DNA of 64,000 nucleotides from Verrucomicrobiota bacterium (GCA_047947115.1 CP170459.1:6016781-6080780), one strand, 5' to 3'. Counted from the first letter of the stretch, positions 19,597 through 30,299 are shown. Translations and numbers: made by a program. Notes: generated from the letters alone by a model not told the origin.

Positions 19597-21972
19597 ATGG
19601 ATGATATCAGCTGTTTCATGAAGCAAAGAATTGCGCAACAATGGCTCTTGGGATTGCTGATGGTTGGCATTGGAATCTGGATAATCTTCCAGAATCACCC
19701 CAATTCAACAGCTACGAAACCGACGTCCATTGATCGTCAGGACATCAACCAGGAGGTCCGTGACCAGGTCGCGGCTATTCAGGAACGGGAACAGATCATG
19801 GACAACACGCTTTGGAGTGAGGAAATGATCGCACAATCGTTGAGCCGCATCGTGGAACAGTGGTGGGATCAAATCAACGCGTCTGGCTCCAAATTAACAG
19901 CCATTCAAAACCTCGACCTCCCAGACGTCATTCTAGGCAACTGGATCGAATTCGAAGCAATCGAACGACACCACATTCAGAGGTTAAAAAAAGCAGACAC
20001 CATCAAGGCACTCAGTCAACAAGAATGGAAAAATTGGATCGAACAATGGAAGCAAGAACGATGGGAATTGAACACCATCGAATTCCGGCACATCAAATTC
20101 GATCCATCACCGGATCCATATCGGAGTGAGTTTTATTTTCGGGCGACCCTCACCCAACAACAAGACAAGCAGCGCTTGATGGTGGAAGGCCCCTTGATCA
20201 TTCAATGGAAACTCAGAGAAGAGAACGATCAGTCTCGTCCCGTTTTGATCAAGATGGACACCCGCCAGCTCCAATGCATCGTCTCACAGGGATCCCCGCC
20301 ATTAGAACTCGTGTATGACGCAACCATCCCCCCTCCCACCAATGCTCATGCCATCGATCCGATGCTGGTTTACGATTTGGATGGAGACGGGCGATCAGAA
20401 ATAATCCTCGCCAATAAGAACCTGGTTTTACGACTCAACGATGAGGATCAAGTGGCAAGCACACCACTTTGCACTTTCCCGCCGGGACTACTTTCCACAG
20501 CCGTCTTGTCCGATCTGAACAACGATGGAGCCGCGGACTTCTTATGTCACAAACATGAAGGGCTGGTTGTCATTCCAGGCTCGCGATCGGGTGTGTTCGA
20601 TCAATTCGAGATCATGCTACGCCCGAGCTCAAAAGACATCGAATACCCCATGGTGCTTTCAAGCGGGGATATCGATCGGGATGGGGATCAAGATGTTTTT
20701 CTTGGGCAATACCGCATTCCCTACGAAGGAGGGTCACTTCCGACGCCTTTCTGGGATGCCAACGATGGTCATCCGTTCTACCTGCTTCGCAACGATGGCA
20801 ACCTGCAATTCACAGATATCACGAATCAAGCACTTCCCAAAGCCAAACGAAACCGCCGCATTTACAGTGCCTCGCTGGCCGACATGGATGGCATCAACGG
20901 GCCTGATTTGGTCGTCGTCAGTGATTTCGCCGGATTGGATGTTTACCTGAATGACGGCTCCGGTCAGTTCAATCCCCCGGTTCCTTCGGTGTTCGGAGAA
21001 ACCCTCGGTTTTGGAATGGCGCATGCCCTGGGAGATTTCAATACGGATGGAAAACATGACCTGCTCATGATCGGCATGACTTCCCCCACTGTGGACCGCT
21101 TGGAACATTTGGGCATCCATCGACCGGGCCTGACCAAAGACCCCACCGCCAGAGCACGCCTGGCACATGGCAACCGCTTGTTTCTTTCCACTCCAGAGGG
21201 AAACTACATACAGAACAACCTCAGTGCATCCATCACCCGAGCAGGTTGGGCATGGGGATGCAGCGCGGCGGATTTTGACAATGATGGATATCCCGATGTC
21301 TACATTGGAAATGGTCTGGAAAGCGGGCAATCCGTCCGGGATTATGAATCCGAATACTGGCTCCACGATGCCTTCGTCGCTGATTCAAACAAAAACACGG
21401 CAGCCTATCTCTACTTCAAAGAAAAATTCGCTGAAACACGAGGAAAAGACCAATCCTACGGCGGTTACGAAAGTAATCGCCTCTATCTCAATCGAGAAGG
21501 CAACTCCTTTTTGGATGTTGGCCACCTATGGGGCGTTGGCCTCCAGACCGACACCCGCAACGTGGTCGCCGAAGACCTGAACGGAGACGGGCGAATGGAT
21601 CTGGTTTTAATCCAATACCAGATCTGGCCCGAAATCAAAGAGTCTCTCCAAGTTTACTTAAATCGCATGCCGGAAACCGGAAACTGGATTACTTTCCAAC
21701 CTGAAGCCGGCCCGAACAACCCCTTTCCCACCGGTCTGCAAATCACCATCCTAACTGGAAATCAAAAAAGCATCAAAGAACTGGTCAATGGGGATTCCTA
21801 CCGCTCACAGCATAGCCAGAAGATTCACTTTGGATTGGGAAAATCTACAGTCGTGAAACATGTAAAAGTCCAATGGCCTAACGGTCGCCTCATCCACATG
21901 GATCAACTGGAAGCCAACCGCCAATACACGATCCCCTATTCAGATCCAGGAGATCTCAACGATATGGAATGA
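19597..21972 (+). CDS. CRTAC1 / ASPIC-UnbV family protein with FG-GAP repeats
   Basis: Repeated DxDxDGxxD motifs; C-terminal [17 protein letters not shown]...VQWPNG; N-terminal TM anchor. Confidence 0.9.
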   Translation: MDDISCFMKQRIAQQWLLGLLMVGIGIWIIFQNHPNSTATKPTSIDRQDINQEVRDQVAAIQEREQIMDNTLWSEEMIAQSLSRIVEQWWDQINASGSKLTAIQNLDLPDVILGNWIEFEAIERHHIQRLKKADTIKALSQQEWKNWIEQWKQERWELNTIEFRHIKFDPSPDPYRSEFYFRATLTQQQDKQRLMVEGPLIIQWKLREENDQSRPVLIKMDTRQLQCIVSQGSPPLELVYDATIPPPTNAHAIDPMLVYDLDGDGRSEIILANKNLVLRLNDEDQVASTPLCTFPPGLLSTAVLSDLNNDGAADFLCHKHEGLVVIPGSRSGVFDQFEIMLRPSSKDIEYPMVLSSGDIDRDGDQDVFLGQYRIPYEGGSLPTPFWDANDGHPFYLLRNDGNLQFTDITNQALPKAKRNRRIYSASLADMDGINGPDLVVVSDFAGLDVYLNDGSGQFNPPVPSVFGETLGFGMAHALGDFNTDGKHDLLMIGMTSPTVDRLEHLGIHRPGLTKDPTARARLAHGNRLFLSTPEGNYIQNNLSASITRAGWAWGCSAADFDNDGYPDVYIGNGLESGQSVRDYESEYWLHDAFVADSNKNTAAYLYFKEKFAETRGKDQSYGGYESNRLYLNREGNSFLDVGHLWGVGLQTDTRNVVAEDLNGDGRMDLVLIQYQIWPEIKESLQVYLNRMPETGNWITFQPEAGPNNPFPTGLQITILTGNQKSIKELVNGDSYRSQHSQKIHFGLGKSTVVKHVKVQWPNGRLIHMDQLEANRQYTIPYSDPGDLNDME

Positions 21973-22828
21973 GCTGGATGCGTTCGGCATACCATGCCAT
22001 GTCTTTCTTACCTGCGGCGTCGAAGGGCTTCACTGCACCATAACTGTATTCAACGGGATAAACGGAAGCATTGCTGAGCCATTTATGCACCTCGGCATGA
22101 CCATCGGCAAATGAAAACCCTGCGGCACCGTTGTGATAGGAAGCGGGACGATCCTGCCAGTTATTGACATTTGGATCAGTCACAAAGAAAGCGTCATTGA
22201 TGGAATCAGGATGCTCATCAAGAGTCAGGTAAGTCTGGCTCGGTTGTGCTACATCCGATGTCTTGATGAACTGACGATACTGACCGCCAAAGGCCCAGCT
22301 TTTCCCTTTCACGGTATTATCGTTCGCATCGTTGTTCGACCGACCAAACAGGGCGTTCATGGACATGCTACGCAAACGCTCCTGGAATCCCGCCTTCTTC
22401 TGAGCCTGACTTAAAAAATGATCGGCCGGGCATTTGTAGATACCAATAGCTCCATCGGTGTAGGGGCCAAGCACCCCGTTCTGCACCCATAATTTATTCG
22501 TGACACTTCGATCATCAATGGACCCCCCGGCTCCCCATGTCATGACATTGTTCACCCAATTGTTGAATCTTCCTGAGGTGATGGCTTGCTGAGTGCCGGG
22601 AATCGTGAAGTTGTTGGCACAATGGTCTTCAAAATCGACCGTATACAATGTCCATCCTAGTACCAACTGCTTGTTGTTGCTAATGCATTTGATGCCCTGA
22701 GCCTTGGTCTTGGCTTTCGACAAGGCAGGCAACAGCATGCCTGCCAAGATGGCAATGATGGCGATGACGACGAGAAGTTCGATCAGCGTAAAGCCACGTA
22801 CAGATGTATGAACAGATTGTTTTTTCAC
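21956..22828 (-). CDS. Prepilin-type N-terminal cleavage/methylation protein with H-X9-DG motif
   Basis: [55 protein letters not shown]. Confidence 0.93.
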   Translation of the reverse strand: MKKQSVHTSVRGFTLIELLVVIAIIAILAGMLLPALSKAKTKAQGIKCISNNKQLVLGWTLYTVDFEDHCANNFTIPGTQQAITSGRFNNWVNNVMTWGAGGSIDDRSVTNKLWVQNGVLGPYTDGAIGIYKCPADHFLSQAQKKAGFQERLRSMSMNALFGRSNNDANDNTVKGKSWAFGGQYRQFIKTSDVAQPSQTYLTLDEHPDSINDAFFVTDPNVNNWQDRPASYHNGAAGFSFADGHAEVHKWLSNASVYPVEYSYGAVKPFDAAGKKDMAWYAERIQLIPYR

Positions 22829-22923
22829 GATGGAGTAAAATTACCCTCCGCACAAAAACCGTCAAGCAAGAATATACCACCTTCAAATAGATGGGATTCA
22901 TTCAATCTGGTTGGAGAACCGAT

Positions 22924-23210
22924 TGGCAGGGCACCGCTGCAGCGGGGCCGCGAGCGCGAGAAGTGGATCCAGGAGCCTGAAACGTCTCGCGGACTATTAA
23001 TTTGAGCCGGCAGCTCACACCTCGCATGGATGCCCAACGGATATTATTCACCTCATTACACGTCGCGGACTTGCAGCAGCAAGTCCCTACCAGCGCAAAG
23101 CGCCCGGATTGGTAGGGACGCGCTGCCGCGCGTCCACGAACGTGGCGAGGAGATGGAAGATTCCAGTGATGATGAACGCGCCACAGCCGAGCAGCAGTTC
23201 AGCCAAACCA
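22924..23210. repeat. Cluster of four GTAG-type REP-like palindromes (two inverted pairs)
   Basis: tggcagggcaccgctgcagcggggccgcg; cgcggacttgcagcagcaagtccctacca; tggtagggacgcgctgccgcgcgtcc; degenerate gccgagcagcagttcagccaaacca. Confidence 0.7.
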
Positions 23211-23297
23211 AAATGCAGTCGGTATCCCACCACCCTGAATCGCCCCAAAAAGTAATCCTGCCTTGTCTCTATGCCCTTTCAGCCCTAGAAAAGATGC

Positions 23298-24582
23298 ATG
23301 CATTCGATGAAGATCTCATTTCTGGCAATGGTGTGGGCTTCGGGAGCCCTTGTCTCATCGTCAGCCCAGCAAACCCAATCCAAAATCGAACCCCTCATCG
23401 ATTCCATCACCAAACACACGCTTCGATCAAACCGGAAAGGAGATGCGATCACCTGGTTCCACCCCCGGGCGTGTCGGTTACCGAAAACAGCAAGTCACCC
23501 TGAAAGGATTTTAATGACACTGCAGGAAATCGGGGGGCAGCGATTATTTTGGTCCGGTCCAGTGGAGTGAATCAAGTGACGAAGGGACATCCTGGACGGA
23601 TCCAAAGATCATACCGGCTCTGGACCGAAAGCCCGTTGCATCACACTCCGGACTCATGGCAGGTGTCTGCGATGTTGTCCCTGAGCATCACCCACAAACC
23701 GACACTGTCCTCGCCCTCGGCCATGTAGTGTTCTATAGGGGACCCAAGTTTTCATCCAACGATCAACTGTCACGTTACCCGGTTTATTCAGTTCGATCTG
23801 CTGACGGGGACTGGTCGGAACGACGGGTTCTTGAATGGAATGATCCGCGCGGAGCGTTCATCTACACCAACAACTGCGGTCAACGCATCGTGCTACCGGA
23901 TGGGGACATTCTCCTCGCATTGAGCTTTGGGGCAAAGTCCGCAGCCCGATCTGTTGCCACGGCACGTTGTTCATTCGATGGTGAAACTCTTAAAATTCTT
24001 GAAGTGGGACCATCCATTGACCATGCGCATGGACGAGGTTTACTGGAACCTTCTCTCACTCAATTCCAAGGAAAATTCTATCTCACCATTCGTGCGGAAG
24101 ATGGTCGTGGGTATATGAGCGTCAGCGAGGATGGTTTACACTGGAGTCCCAAAGAGCATTGGGCGTGGGATGACGGCGAAGCCCTGGAAATGTCCACCAC
24201 ACAACAACACTGGCTCACTCACTCGGATGGTTTGTTTCTCGTTTACACTCGCAAGGATGCATCCAATGAAAATGTCATCCGATGGCGATCCCCCCTGTGG
24301 CTGGCAAGATTCGATCCAACGACCCGGAAACTTATCCGGTCCAGCGAACGTGTTGCCTTGCCTTTGGTCGGGGACGGCGTCCTGGAACCGGATCAGGTGG
24401 CGTTGATGGGCAACTTCCACCTCACCAACATTTCCCCGTTGAGTTCGATATTGACCGTTGGGGAATGGATCCCAAGGGATGGGGCTCGAGGTGATCTGCT
24501 CATGGCCAAAATCAACTGGCTCAAAGAAAACTCAACGGTCACTCCATCCAGTCACAACATCCCTATAAACCCTGATAAATGA
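23298..24582 (+). pseudogene. Sialidase-like Asp-box (BNR) protein split by a +1 frameshift
   Basis: Removing one G from the G6 run at 23532-23537 joins ORFs 23298-23570 and 23656-24582 via IGGSDYFGPVQWSESSDEGTSW; second Asp-box SEDGLHW; signal peptide. Confidence 0.85.
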
Positions 24583-25771
24583 TCTCCAGGGTCAGGAGGA
24601 CATAACTGGTGACCAAAGCCGGGTCGCCCTCCCACCAACGTCCGTTGTCATTTTTCCAAGAGCCATCGCCCTGCTGCAGATCCAATAGTTTGAGGGCAAG
24701 TTCGTGACGCCAGTCATGCTTGCCGGATGCCACATCGCCAATCTGATTGACCCGGGCAAGCGTCAGTGCTTTGGTCATGGTATGATAATAAAAGTACAAT
24801 CCCTGGGCGCCCATCCCCGGGTTCTCTTCCAAAGTGAAATGTCGATTCAACCAATCCAGAACGGCCTCCACACGTTTGTCGGACCGATCCAGATCGGCAT
24901 AAATATAACTCAACATACCCGCATAGCTGATACTTCCGTAGGATCGCAAAGCAACCACACCATTCTCCTCGGGATGCTCACCAGATTTACTGTTACCGGG
25001 AAAACATACAAATCCCCCCCGATCTTCCGGTTTCCTGGATACCCATTCGCCCTTGTTGTGCTCAGGCAATTGTTGGCATTGTTCAAGGAAATGAAGTGCA
25101 GCCTCCCAATTCAATGTATCCGTCGATTCATTCGCGTCCTCCGCAAGATGCCGTGAAAAATAAAGTGCCTCCAATGCGTGCATCGTGTTGGAAAGATCGG
25201 AATGCGTGTAAGAAGTCCCGTAGCCAATTCCACCGTCCAAAGGGTCATCAATGGCTCCCTCTTCCCCCAGATCCTGCTGACCACGGATCACAAATTGTCG
25301 AGCCCTGCGAAGGATCCCTTCATGATCCGGATGCGACCGCATCAAAAAAGCCATCATGGAAACCGAAGTATGGTAATTCTGAAGCATCTCGATACGGTAA
25401 ATGCCGCCGTCAGGCTGGGCACAGGACCGTAGGTAATCATATCCCTTGGCCACAACCGGCTCCTTCTTCTCGGCATGGTTCTCCACCGGATCACGCTGCA
25501 GTGCGACCAAAGCCAAACCGGTCACGGCAGGATGATCGGCATCCGACCAATGGCCGGCCTCAGATTGATGCTGCATGAGCCATTGATTTCCCCGGTCAAT
25601 GGCCCGCGCCACTTCCATTCGCAGCGAAAGGTCGATGGGTTTTCCGCTGGCGGAAAAAGGTAAATCCTGCCCAAAGACAGTTCTCATGCCCCCCCCGGCA
25701 ATTATCAGGACAAGACAAATGACCCACCTATAAAATGTGTATTGCGATTTCATGTGATTGAATGGTTCCAA
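24563..25771 (-). CDS. Prenyltransferase/squalene-oxidase repeat (alpha/alpha toroid) secreted protein
   Basis: QW-like repeats WLMQHQSEAGHW, LRSCAQPDGGI, LLDLQQGDGSW; DGGIGYG, DLSNT. Confidence 0.85.
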   Translation of the reverse strand: MEPFNHMKSQYTFYRWVICLVLIIAGGGMRTVFGQDLPFSASGKPIDLSLRMEVARAIDRGNQWLMQHQSEAGHWSDADHPAVTGLALVALQRDPVENHAEKKEPVVAKGYDYLRSCAQPDGGIYRIEMLQNYHTSVSMMAFLMRSHPDHEGILRRARQFVIRGQQDLGEEGAIDDPLDGGIGYGTSYTHSDLSNTMHALEALYFSRHLAEDANESTDTLNWEAALHFLEQCQQLPEHNKGEWVSRKPEDRGGFVCFPGNSKSGEHPEENGVVALRSYGSISYAGMLSYIYADLDRSDKRVEAVLDWLNRHFTLEENPGMGAQGLYFYYHTMTKALTLARVNQIGDVASGKHDWRHELALKLLDLQQGDGSWKNDNGRWWEGDPALVTSYVLLTLEIIYQGL

Positions 25772-25967
25772 TGATCAGGGATGTAAAATGACCCTGTTGA
25801 GATTGGGCGATCCCATGACTTCCACCACCTGATGGACATCTCTTAACACTGCCGCAAGAAGCATGGCTAAGGATCATGAAGCCAAGAATCATTTCGAACA
25901 ATGTTTTTCCAATGCCTTGATCGACATCCCAACCATTCACGCAAAGATTCATAGGCAAGGCACAAAC

Positions 25968-26012
25968 TTTGGACTGCGGGGATCACGGCACCGCTCTGGA
26001 TACGATCCGACA
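25968..26012. repeat. TGGA-TGCGG family palindromic repeat
   Basis: tttggactgcggggatcacggcaccgctctggatacgatccg; related copies at 26305, 30300 and (inverted) 30443. Confidence 0.8.
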
Positions 26013-26079
26013 TATCAAGGAGCATTCGAAACACCAATTTACCCAATATCTTTCCTACCCCATTCTCTGTCACATGTTC

Positions 26080-26276
26080 CTTTGCGCCTTCGCGCCTTGG
26101 CGTCTTTGCGATAAAATGACGGCGCCCAACGAAAACCTTGTAACCACTTAAAGATTCGATTCCATTTTCATTCAACGTGACCAATCACTTTACTGAATTT
26201 AATGGTCAATATTGAATCTGCACCCTTCAACCCTTTTTCTCGCAAAGGCGCCAAGACCGCCAAGGACGCAAAGTTT
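26080..26276 (+). mobile_element. ~190-bp MITE-like element, copy 1
   Basis: Left arm of four 8-mers (ctttgcgc cttcgcgc cttggcgt ctttgcga); right arm tcgcaaaggcgccaagaccgccaaggacgcaaag; highly similar to 29462-29666. Confidence 0.8.
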
Positions 26277-26304
26277 ACTATGGCACTCTCATCGCAGTCA
26301 CCTC

Positions 26305-26335
26305 TTTGGACTGCGGGGATCACGGCACTCCAGAG
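26305..26335. repeat. TGGA-TGCGG family repeat (short hairpin form)
   Basis: tttggactgcggggatcacggcactccagag; first 24 nt identical to the 25968 copy. Confidence 0.75.
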
Positions 26336-26475
26336 GGCCTCAACCTGAAACCCATATTTTGAGACCATATGAGATGCTGGCCTCAAATTCCTCATGAAAA
26401 ATGCTTTGCATTGTTTCCGGAAATTCCATAATGACCCTTCGCTCTTAACAAAAGCGACTGAGAAAGAAATCGAAT

Positions 26476-27576
26476 ATGGCAGCATTGCAAATCAAACCAG
26501 CAGAATCATGCAAATACGACCTGGTTTCCCTGGGGGAAATCATGCTTCGACTCGATCCGGGTGAAGGACGCGTGCGCACCGCCCGTCAATTTACCGTCTG
26601 GGAAGGCGGCGGCGAATACAACGTGGCGCGCGGCCTCCGCCGTTGCTTCGGTCTGCGCACCGGCGTGGTCACCGCTTTCGCCGATAACGAAGTTGGCCGA
26701 CTCCTCGAAGATTTCATCCTTCAAGGCGGTGTGGACACCTCCTGGATCCAATGGGCTCCCTATGACGGCATCGGGCGCACCGTCCGCAACGGCCTGAACT
26801 TTACCGAGCGCGGATTCGGTATCCGTGGGGCCGTGGGCGTTCCTGACCGTGGCCTGACCGCCGCATCCCAAATGAAAGCCGGCGACATCGACTGGGAGGA
26901 ATTGTTCGGCAAACAAGGCGTGCGCTGGTTCCACACCGGCGGCATCTTCGCCGCTCTTTCAGAATCCAGTGCAGGCGTCGTGGAAGAAGCGGTCAAGGCA
27001 GCTCAAAAGCACGGAACCATCGTTTCCTACGACTTGAACTACCGCCCCTCACTCTGGAAAGCCATCGGCGGCCATGCCAAGGCCCAGGAAGTCAACCGCA
27101 ACATCGCAAAATACGTGGATGTGATGATCGGCAACGAAGAAGACTTCACGGCCTGCCTCGGCTTTGAAGTGGAAGGCGTGGATGAAAACATCTCCGCCAT
27201 CGAGATCGACAGCTTCAAAAACATGATCGAACGGGCGGTCAAGGACTTCCCTAATTTCAAAGTCACCGCCACCACCTTGCGCGCGGTCAAAACCGCAACC
27301 GTGAATGACTGGAGCGCCATTTGCTGGGCGGATGGACAGTTCCACGAATCCCGCAAATACCCTGAACTGGAAATCCTGGACCGCGTTGGCGGCGGCGACA
27401 GCTTCGCCTCGGGCCTGATCTACGGTTTCCTGGCCACCGGCGACGCAGCACAGGCAGTCGACTACGGCGCGGCCCACGGAGCTCTGGCCATGACCACCCC
27501 TGGAGACACTTCCATGGCAACACTCAAGGAAGTTGAAAAAATCATGGGCGGCGGCGGAGCACGTGTGGTGCGATAA
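26476..27576 (+). CDS. kdgK: 2-dehydro-3-deoxygluconokinase-like PfkB sugar kinase
   Basis: GEIMLRL, EGGGEYNVA, WFHTGGI, SYDLNYRPSLW, GNEED, DRVGGGDSFASG, TTPGD. Confidence 0.88.
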   Translation: MAALQIKPAESCKYDLVSLGEIMLRLDPGEGRVRTARQFTVWEGGGEYNVARGLRRCFGLRTGVVTAFADNEVGRLLEDFILQGGVDTSWIQWAPYDGIGRTVRNGLNFTERGFGIRGAVGVPDRGLTAASQMKAGDIDWEELFGKQGVRWFHTGGIFAALSESSAGVVEEAVKAAQKHGTIVSYDLNYRPSLWKAIGGHAKAQEVNRNIAKYVDVMIGNEEDFTACLGFEVEGVDENISAIEIDSFKNMIERAVKDFPNFKVTATTLRAVKTATVNDWSAICWADGQFHESRKYPELEILDRVGGGDSFASGLIYGFLATGDAAQAVDYGAAHGALAMTTPGDTSMATLKEVEKIMGGGGARVVR

Positions 27577-27601
27577 ACCCTTACGTCTTTGAAAAGCATT
27601 G

Positions 27602-27646
27602 AACGCCGATCGAGGATCCGTTCTTCGGTCGGCGTTTGGCATTTTT
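27602..27646 (+). terminator. Probable intrinsic terminator after kdgK
   Basis: Stem aacgccgatcgagga / tcttcggtcggcgtt followed by tggcattttt. Confidence 0.65.
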
Positions 27647-27694
27647 CAAATCGTTTGACATACAATCGTCACATTTACCTGCTAAGCTCTTTTC

Positions 27695-28513
27695 ATGAAA
27701 ATTGATTGTCACATGCACACCCCCCTCTGCGGTCACGCCGTTGGGGACCCAGTGGAATACGTCCGGTCCGGCGCGGAACAAGGTCTGCAGCTCATGACCT
27801 TTACATGCCACGTCCCCATGTCCAAAGAATCCTTTGGCGGGCCACGCATCCGCATGCATGTCGACCAATTGAAAGATTATTACGAAGCGGTCAACAAAGC
27901 CCGTCAACTGGGCGAATCCCTGGGAATCGAAGTCTTATGCGGTATCGAAGGCGAAGTGTTTCCGGTCACTTCGGAATTAACCGAGATGAAGGAGTTGATC
28001 CTCAGCCAACCCTTCGACTTCGTGCTCGGATCCCTGCATCACCAATTGAGAGTCTATAAGGAATGGCTGATCGACCAGAAACTCGAAACCGATGAAGCCA
28101 TCGTGCGGGACTACTTCCGTCACCTCGCCGATGCCGCACGCTCCGGATTTTACCACAGCATGTCGCATCCGGATGTGATCCGCATCTACGGCACCATTGA
28201 TTCCGATTCTTTCATCCCCGAAAACTTTGAACCGGAAATCCGCGCCTTCCTGAAAGCCTGCGCCGAAGAAGGCACCTGCATGGAAGTCAACACCAGCGGC
28301 CTGTCCAAGGGCGTCTACGAAGTGCACCCCGATCCGCTCATTCTCGACTGGGCCAAGGAAGAAGGCGTCAAACTCACCATAGGTTCCGACGCTCACCACC
28401 CCGACCGAGTCGCCCAACACTTCGACAAAGTCCTCCCCCTACTGAAGTCAAAAGGCTTCGACCAACTCCACTACTTCCGAGCAGGCGAAGAACAGAGCAT
28501 CCCGTTAGTTTGA
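27695..28513 (+). CDS. PHP-family histidinol-phosphatase-like protein (HisJ/HisK type)
   Basis: DCHMHTPLCGHAVG, DFVLGSLH, SHPD, EVNTSGL, IGSDAHHP. Confidence 0.88.
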   Translation: MKIDCHMHTPLCGHAVGDPVEYVRSGAEQGLQLMTFTCHVPMSKESFGGPRIRMHVDQLKDYYEAVNKARQLGESLGIEVLCGIEGEVFPVTSELTEMKELILSQPFDFVLGSLHHQLRVYKEWLIDQKLETDEAIVRDYFRHLADAARSGFYHSMSHPDVIRIYGTIDSDSFIPENFEPEIRAFLKACAEEGTCMEVNTSGLSKGVYEVHPDPLILDWAKEEGVKLTIGSDAHHPDRVAQHFDKVLPLLKSKGFDQLHYFRAGEEQSIPLV

Positions 28514-28689
28514 ATGGTGAATTTAAAATAGTGAATAGTAAATTTTTGGTGAGGGGTGACGAAACACACCATAGGTAGATCGGGTCGTCTCGACGCGCCC
28601 CTTATGACTCACCCCTTCATATCATCCTCCAATGGAGAACCCATGGACTTTCCCACAAATAATAATTCACTATTCACTATTTACTATTC
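28514..28689. repeat. Element with 7-nt periodic inverted arms enclosing a GTAG REP
   Basis: atggtgaatttaaaatagtgaatagtaaatt ... aattcactattcactatttactattc; internal ggtagatcgggtcgtctcgacgcgccc at 28574. Confidence 0.7.
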
Positions 28690-28690
28690 T

Positions 28691-29446
28691 TCATTTCAAA
28701 AGCACCTGCTTTAAATACTCCCACTCTTCCTCAATATTGCAGGACTGGGTGATGGTCTGCGTAATTTCGTTCCGAACCTGTTGACGAAATTTTTTGCGCA
28801 GTCGATGGATGGCTACTTTGGTGGCATTCGCCGTTAAACCCAAAGCTGCGGCCGTTTCGGTCTGGGCAGTCTCACCCTGCTCTCCTGTCAACCAGGGCTT
28901 CAAAATTTCAAAAGGTTTTCCACCCCCTCGAGCCTCTTCATCTGTCTGCAATGCTCTCAAGGCCCGATCCAGCAAAGTAAAGGCCCACTCACGATCAAAA
29001 ACCTCGTCGGTCATATCGGATTTCGGATCGGATAGTCCCAATGATTTGCCTTCGTCGTCCGAATCATCCATGTCCATAGAAACCATCGTCACATCCCCTC
29101 CCCGTTTCTGTCTTGAAAGCGATTTGCGCTGATCAGCCAAAAAATGATTCACCGCCCCCAACAAATACGATCGAAAACGCCCCTTCTCCCGATCCGCCTG
29201 ATGCATACTCTGGCGCTTCAAAAAATCCGCAAAAAACTCCTGGGTCCAATCCTTGGCCAAAGCCACATCCCGTACCCGCACTCGAATATAACTCTCCACC
29301 GGACGATAATAAGCCTCACACAACTCCTCCAACGCCTGCCGCGACTCAACCGAACTCCCCCGCGCCAAAGCAATCCGAGTCCACCGCGTCGTATGAAACG
29401 ACCGATTCGAATCGGACTGACTATCTGGTGAATCACCCATCATCAA
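28691..29446 (-). CDS. ECF sigma factor (FxTTxW type, usually kinase-associated in PVC bacteria)
   Basis: FHTTRWT, ALEELCEAYYRPV, GRFRSYLL, QKRGG, FDREWA, KVAIHRLRKKF. Confidence 0.9.
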   Translation of the reverse strand: MMMGDSPDSQSDSNRSFHTTRWTRIALARGSSVESRQALEELCEAYYRPVESYIRVRVRDVALAKDWTQEFFADFLKRQSMHQADREKGRFRSYLLGAVNHFLADQRKSLSRQKRGGDVTMVSMDMDDSDDEGKSLGLSDPKSDMTDEVFDREWAFTLLDRALRALQTDEEARGGGKPFEILKPWLTGEQGETAQTETAAALGLTANATKVAIHRLRKKFRQQVRNEITQTITQSCNIEEEWEYLKQVLLK

Positions 29447-29461
29447 AAACTAAACATTAAT

Positions 29462-29666
29462 CTTCGCGCCTTGGCGTCTTGGCGTCTTGGCGTCTTGGCG
29501 ATAAAATGACGGTACCCAACGAAAACCTTGTAGCCACTAAAAGGTTCAATTCTACTTTCAATCAACGTGACCAATCGCTTTACTGAATTTAATGGTCGAC
29601 GTTGAATCTGCACCCCTCAACCCTTTTTCTCGCAAAGGCGCCAGGACCGCCAAGGACGCAAAGTTT
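29462..29666 (+). mobile_element. ~190-bp MITE-like element, copy 2
   Basis: Direct repeat of 26088-26276; left arm has five 8-mers including cttggcgt x3. Confidence 0.8.
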
Positions 29667-29670
29667 TTTT

Positions 29671-30282
29671 TTAGAGAACTTTTCTCACCCATGCCAGCAC
29701 GCGTCGAACGAGCCACATGTCTACTGCGATGATCGCAATAATGCTCATTGATATACCGGCATTTACCCATACTCCATGATTGAATGGCAACAGCACCAGT
29801 GCTCCCACTGCAGCGTCGACAACCAATAGCGTCAAAGGCATAGCTGCCAGCATTCCGGGGAGAATGTAGTCACGTCCAATGGTGCCTCTCCGAATTCGGT
29901 TCAGTATTCGCCAGCCGTATAGGCTCGTGACGACAAGTGTCATGGGCACAAGTGTTGTCAGCATCATTACCCAGGGAATCGGTGTTTCGATATAATGGGT
30001 GTCATGAGATTGTGTCCTCGAGTCGAGAACCCTTTCTTCGGCTTTCGATATCAAGTCCTGTTGTTGTTGTAATTCTGAAGCACTCTTTTGCTGTTCAAGT
30101 TCGATTCTGGATTTCTCTACCGGATCATTGATTGATTTCAAAACCTCGGCCCTGTGTTCCATTTCCGACTGCAACTGTTTCATTTCCACGCGCATCATGG
30201 CGATCTGTTGAGTCGCCTTCGTCTGCATCAGTTGCTGTTTAGCTTCGAAGCGATGTGCGTTGGCTTCAGATGCACGCATCAT
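29671..30282 (-). CDS. Coiled-coil plus 3-TM membrane protein, possibly an N-terminally truncated fragment
   Basis: Q/E/K-rich heptads, then TM segments with GWRILNRIRRG; begins immediately beside a repeat cluster. Confidence 0.6.
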   Translation of the reverse strand: MMRASEANAHRFEAKQQLMQTKATQQIAMMRVEMKQLQSEMEHRAEVLKSINDPVEKSRIELEQQKSASELQQQQDLISKAEERVLDSRTQSHDTHYIETPIPWVMMLTTLVPMTLVVTSLYGWRILNRIRRGTIGRDYILPGMLAAMPLTLLVVDAAVGALVLLPFNHGVWVNAGISMSIIAIIAVDMWLVRRVLAWVRKVL

Positions 30283-30299
30283 CCAAAATCCTTACGCTA

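Noticed and set aside
23030..23503. 157-aa ORF
   Set aside because: Runs through REP repeats and overlaps the real Asp-box gene in another frame
24563..25771. Squalene-hopene or oxidosqualene cyclase
   Set aside because: Only ~400 aa, single toroid, signal-like N-terminus and no DXDD/DCTAE motif
25867..26485. Short ORFs sharing peptide similarity with 29558-29770 (NFASLAVLAPLREKGL)
   Set aside because: Translation of the non-coding MITE-like repeat, not a protein family
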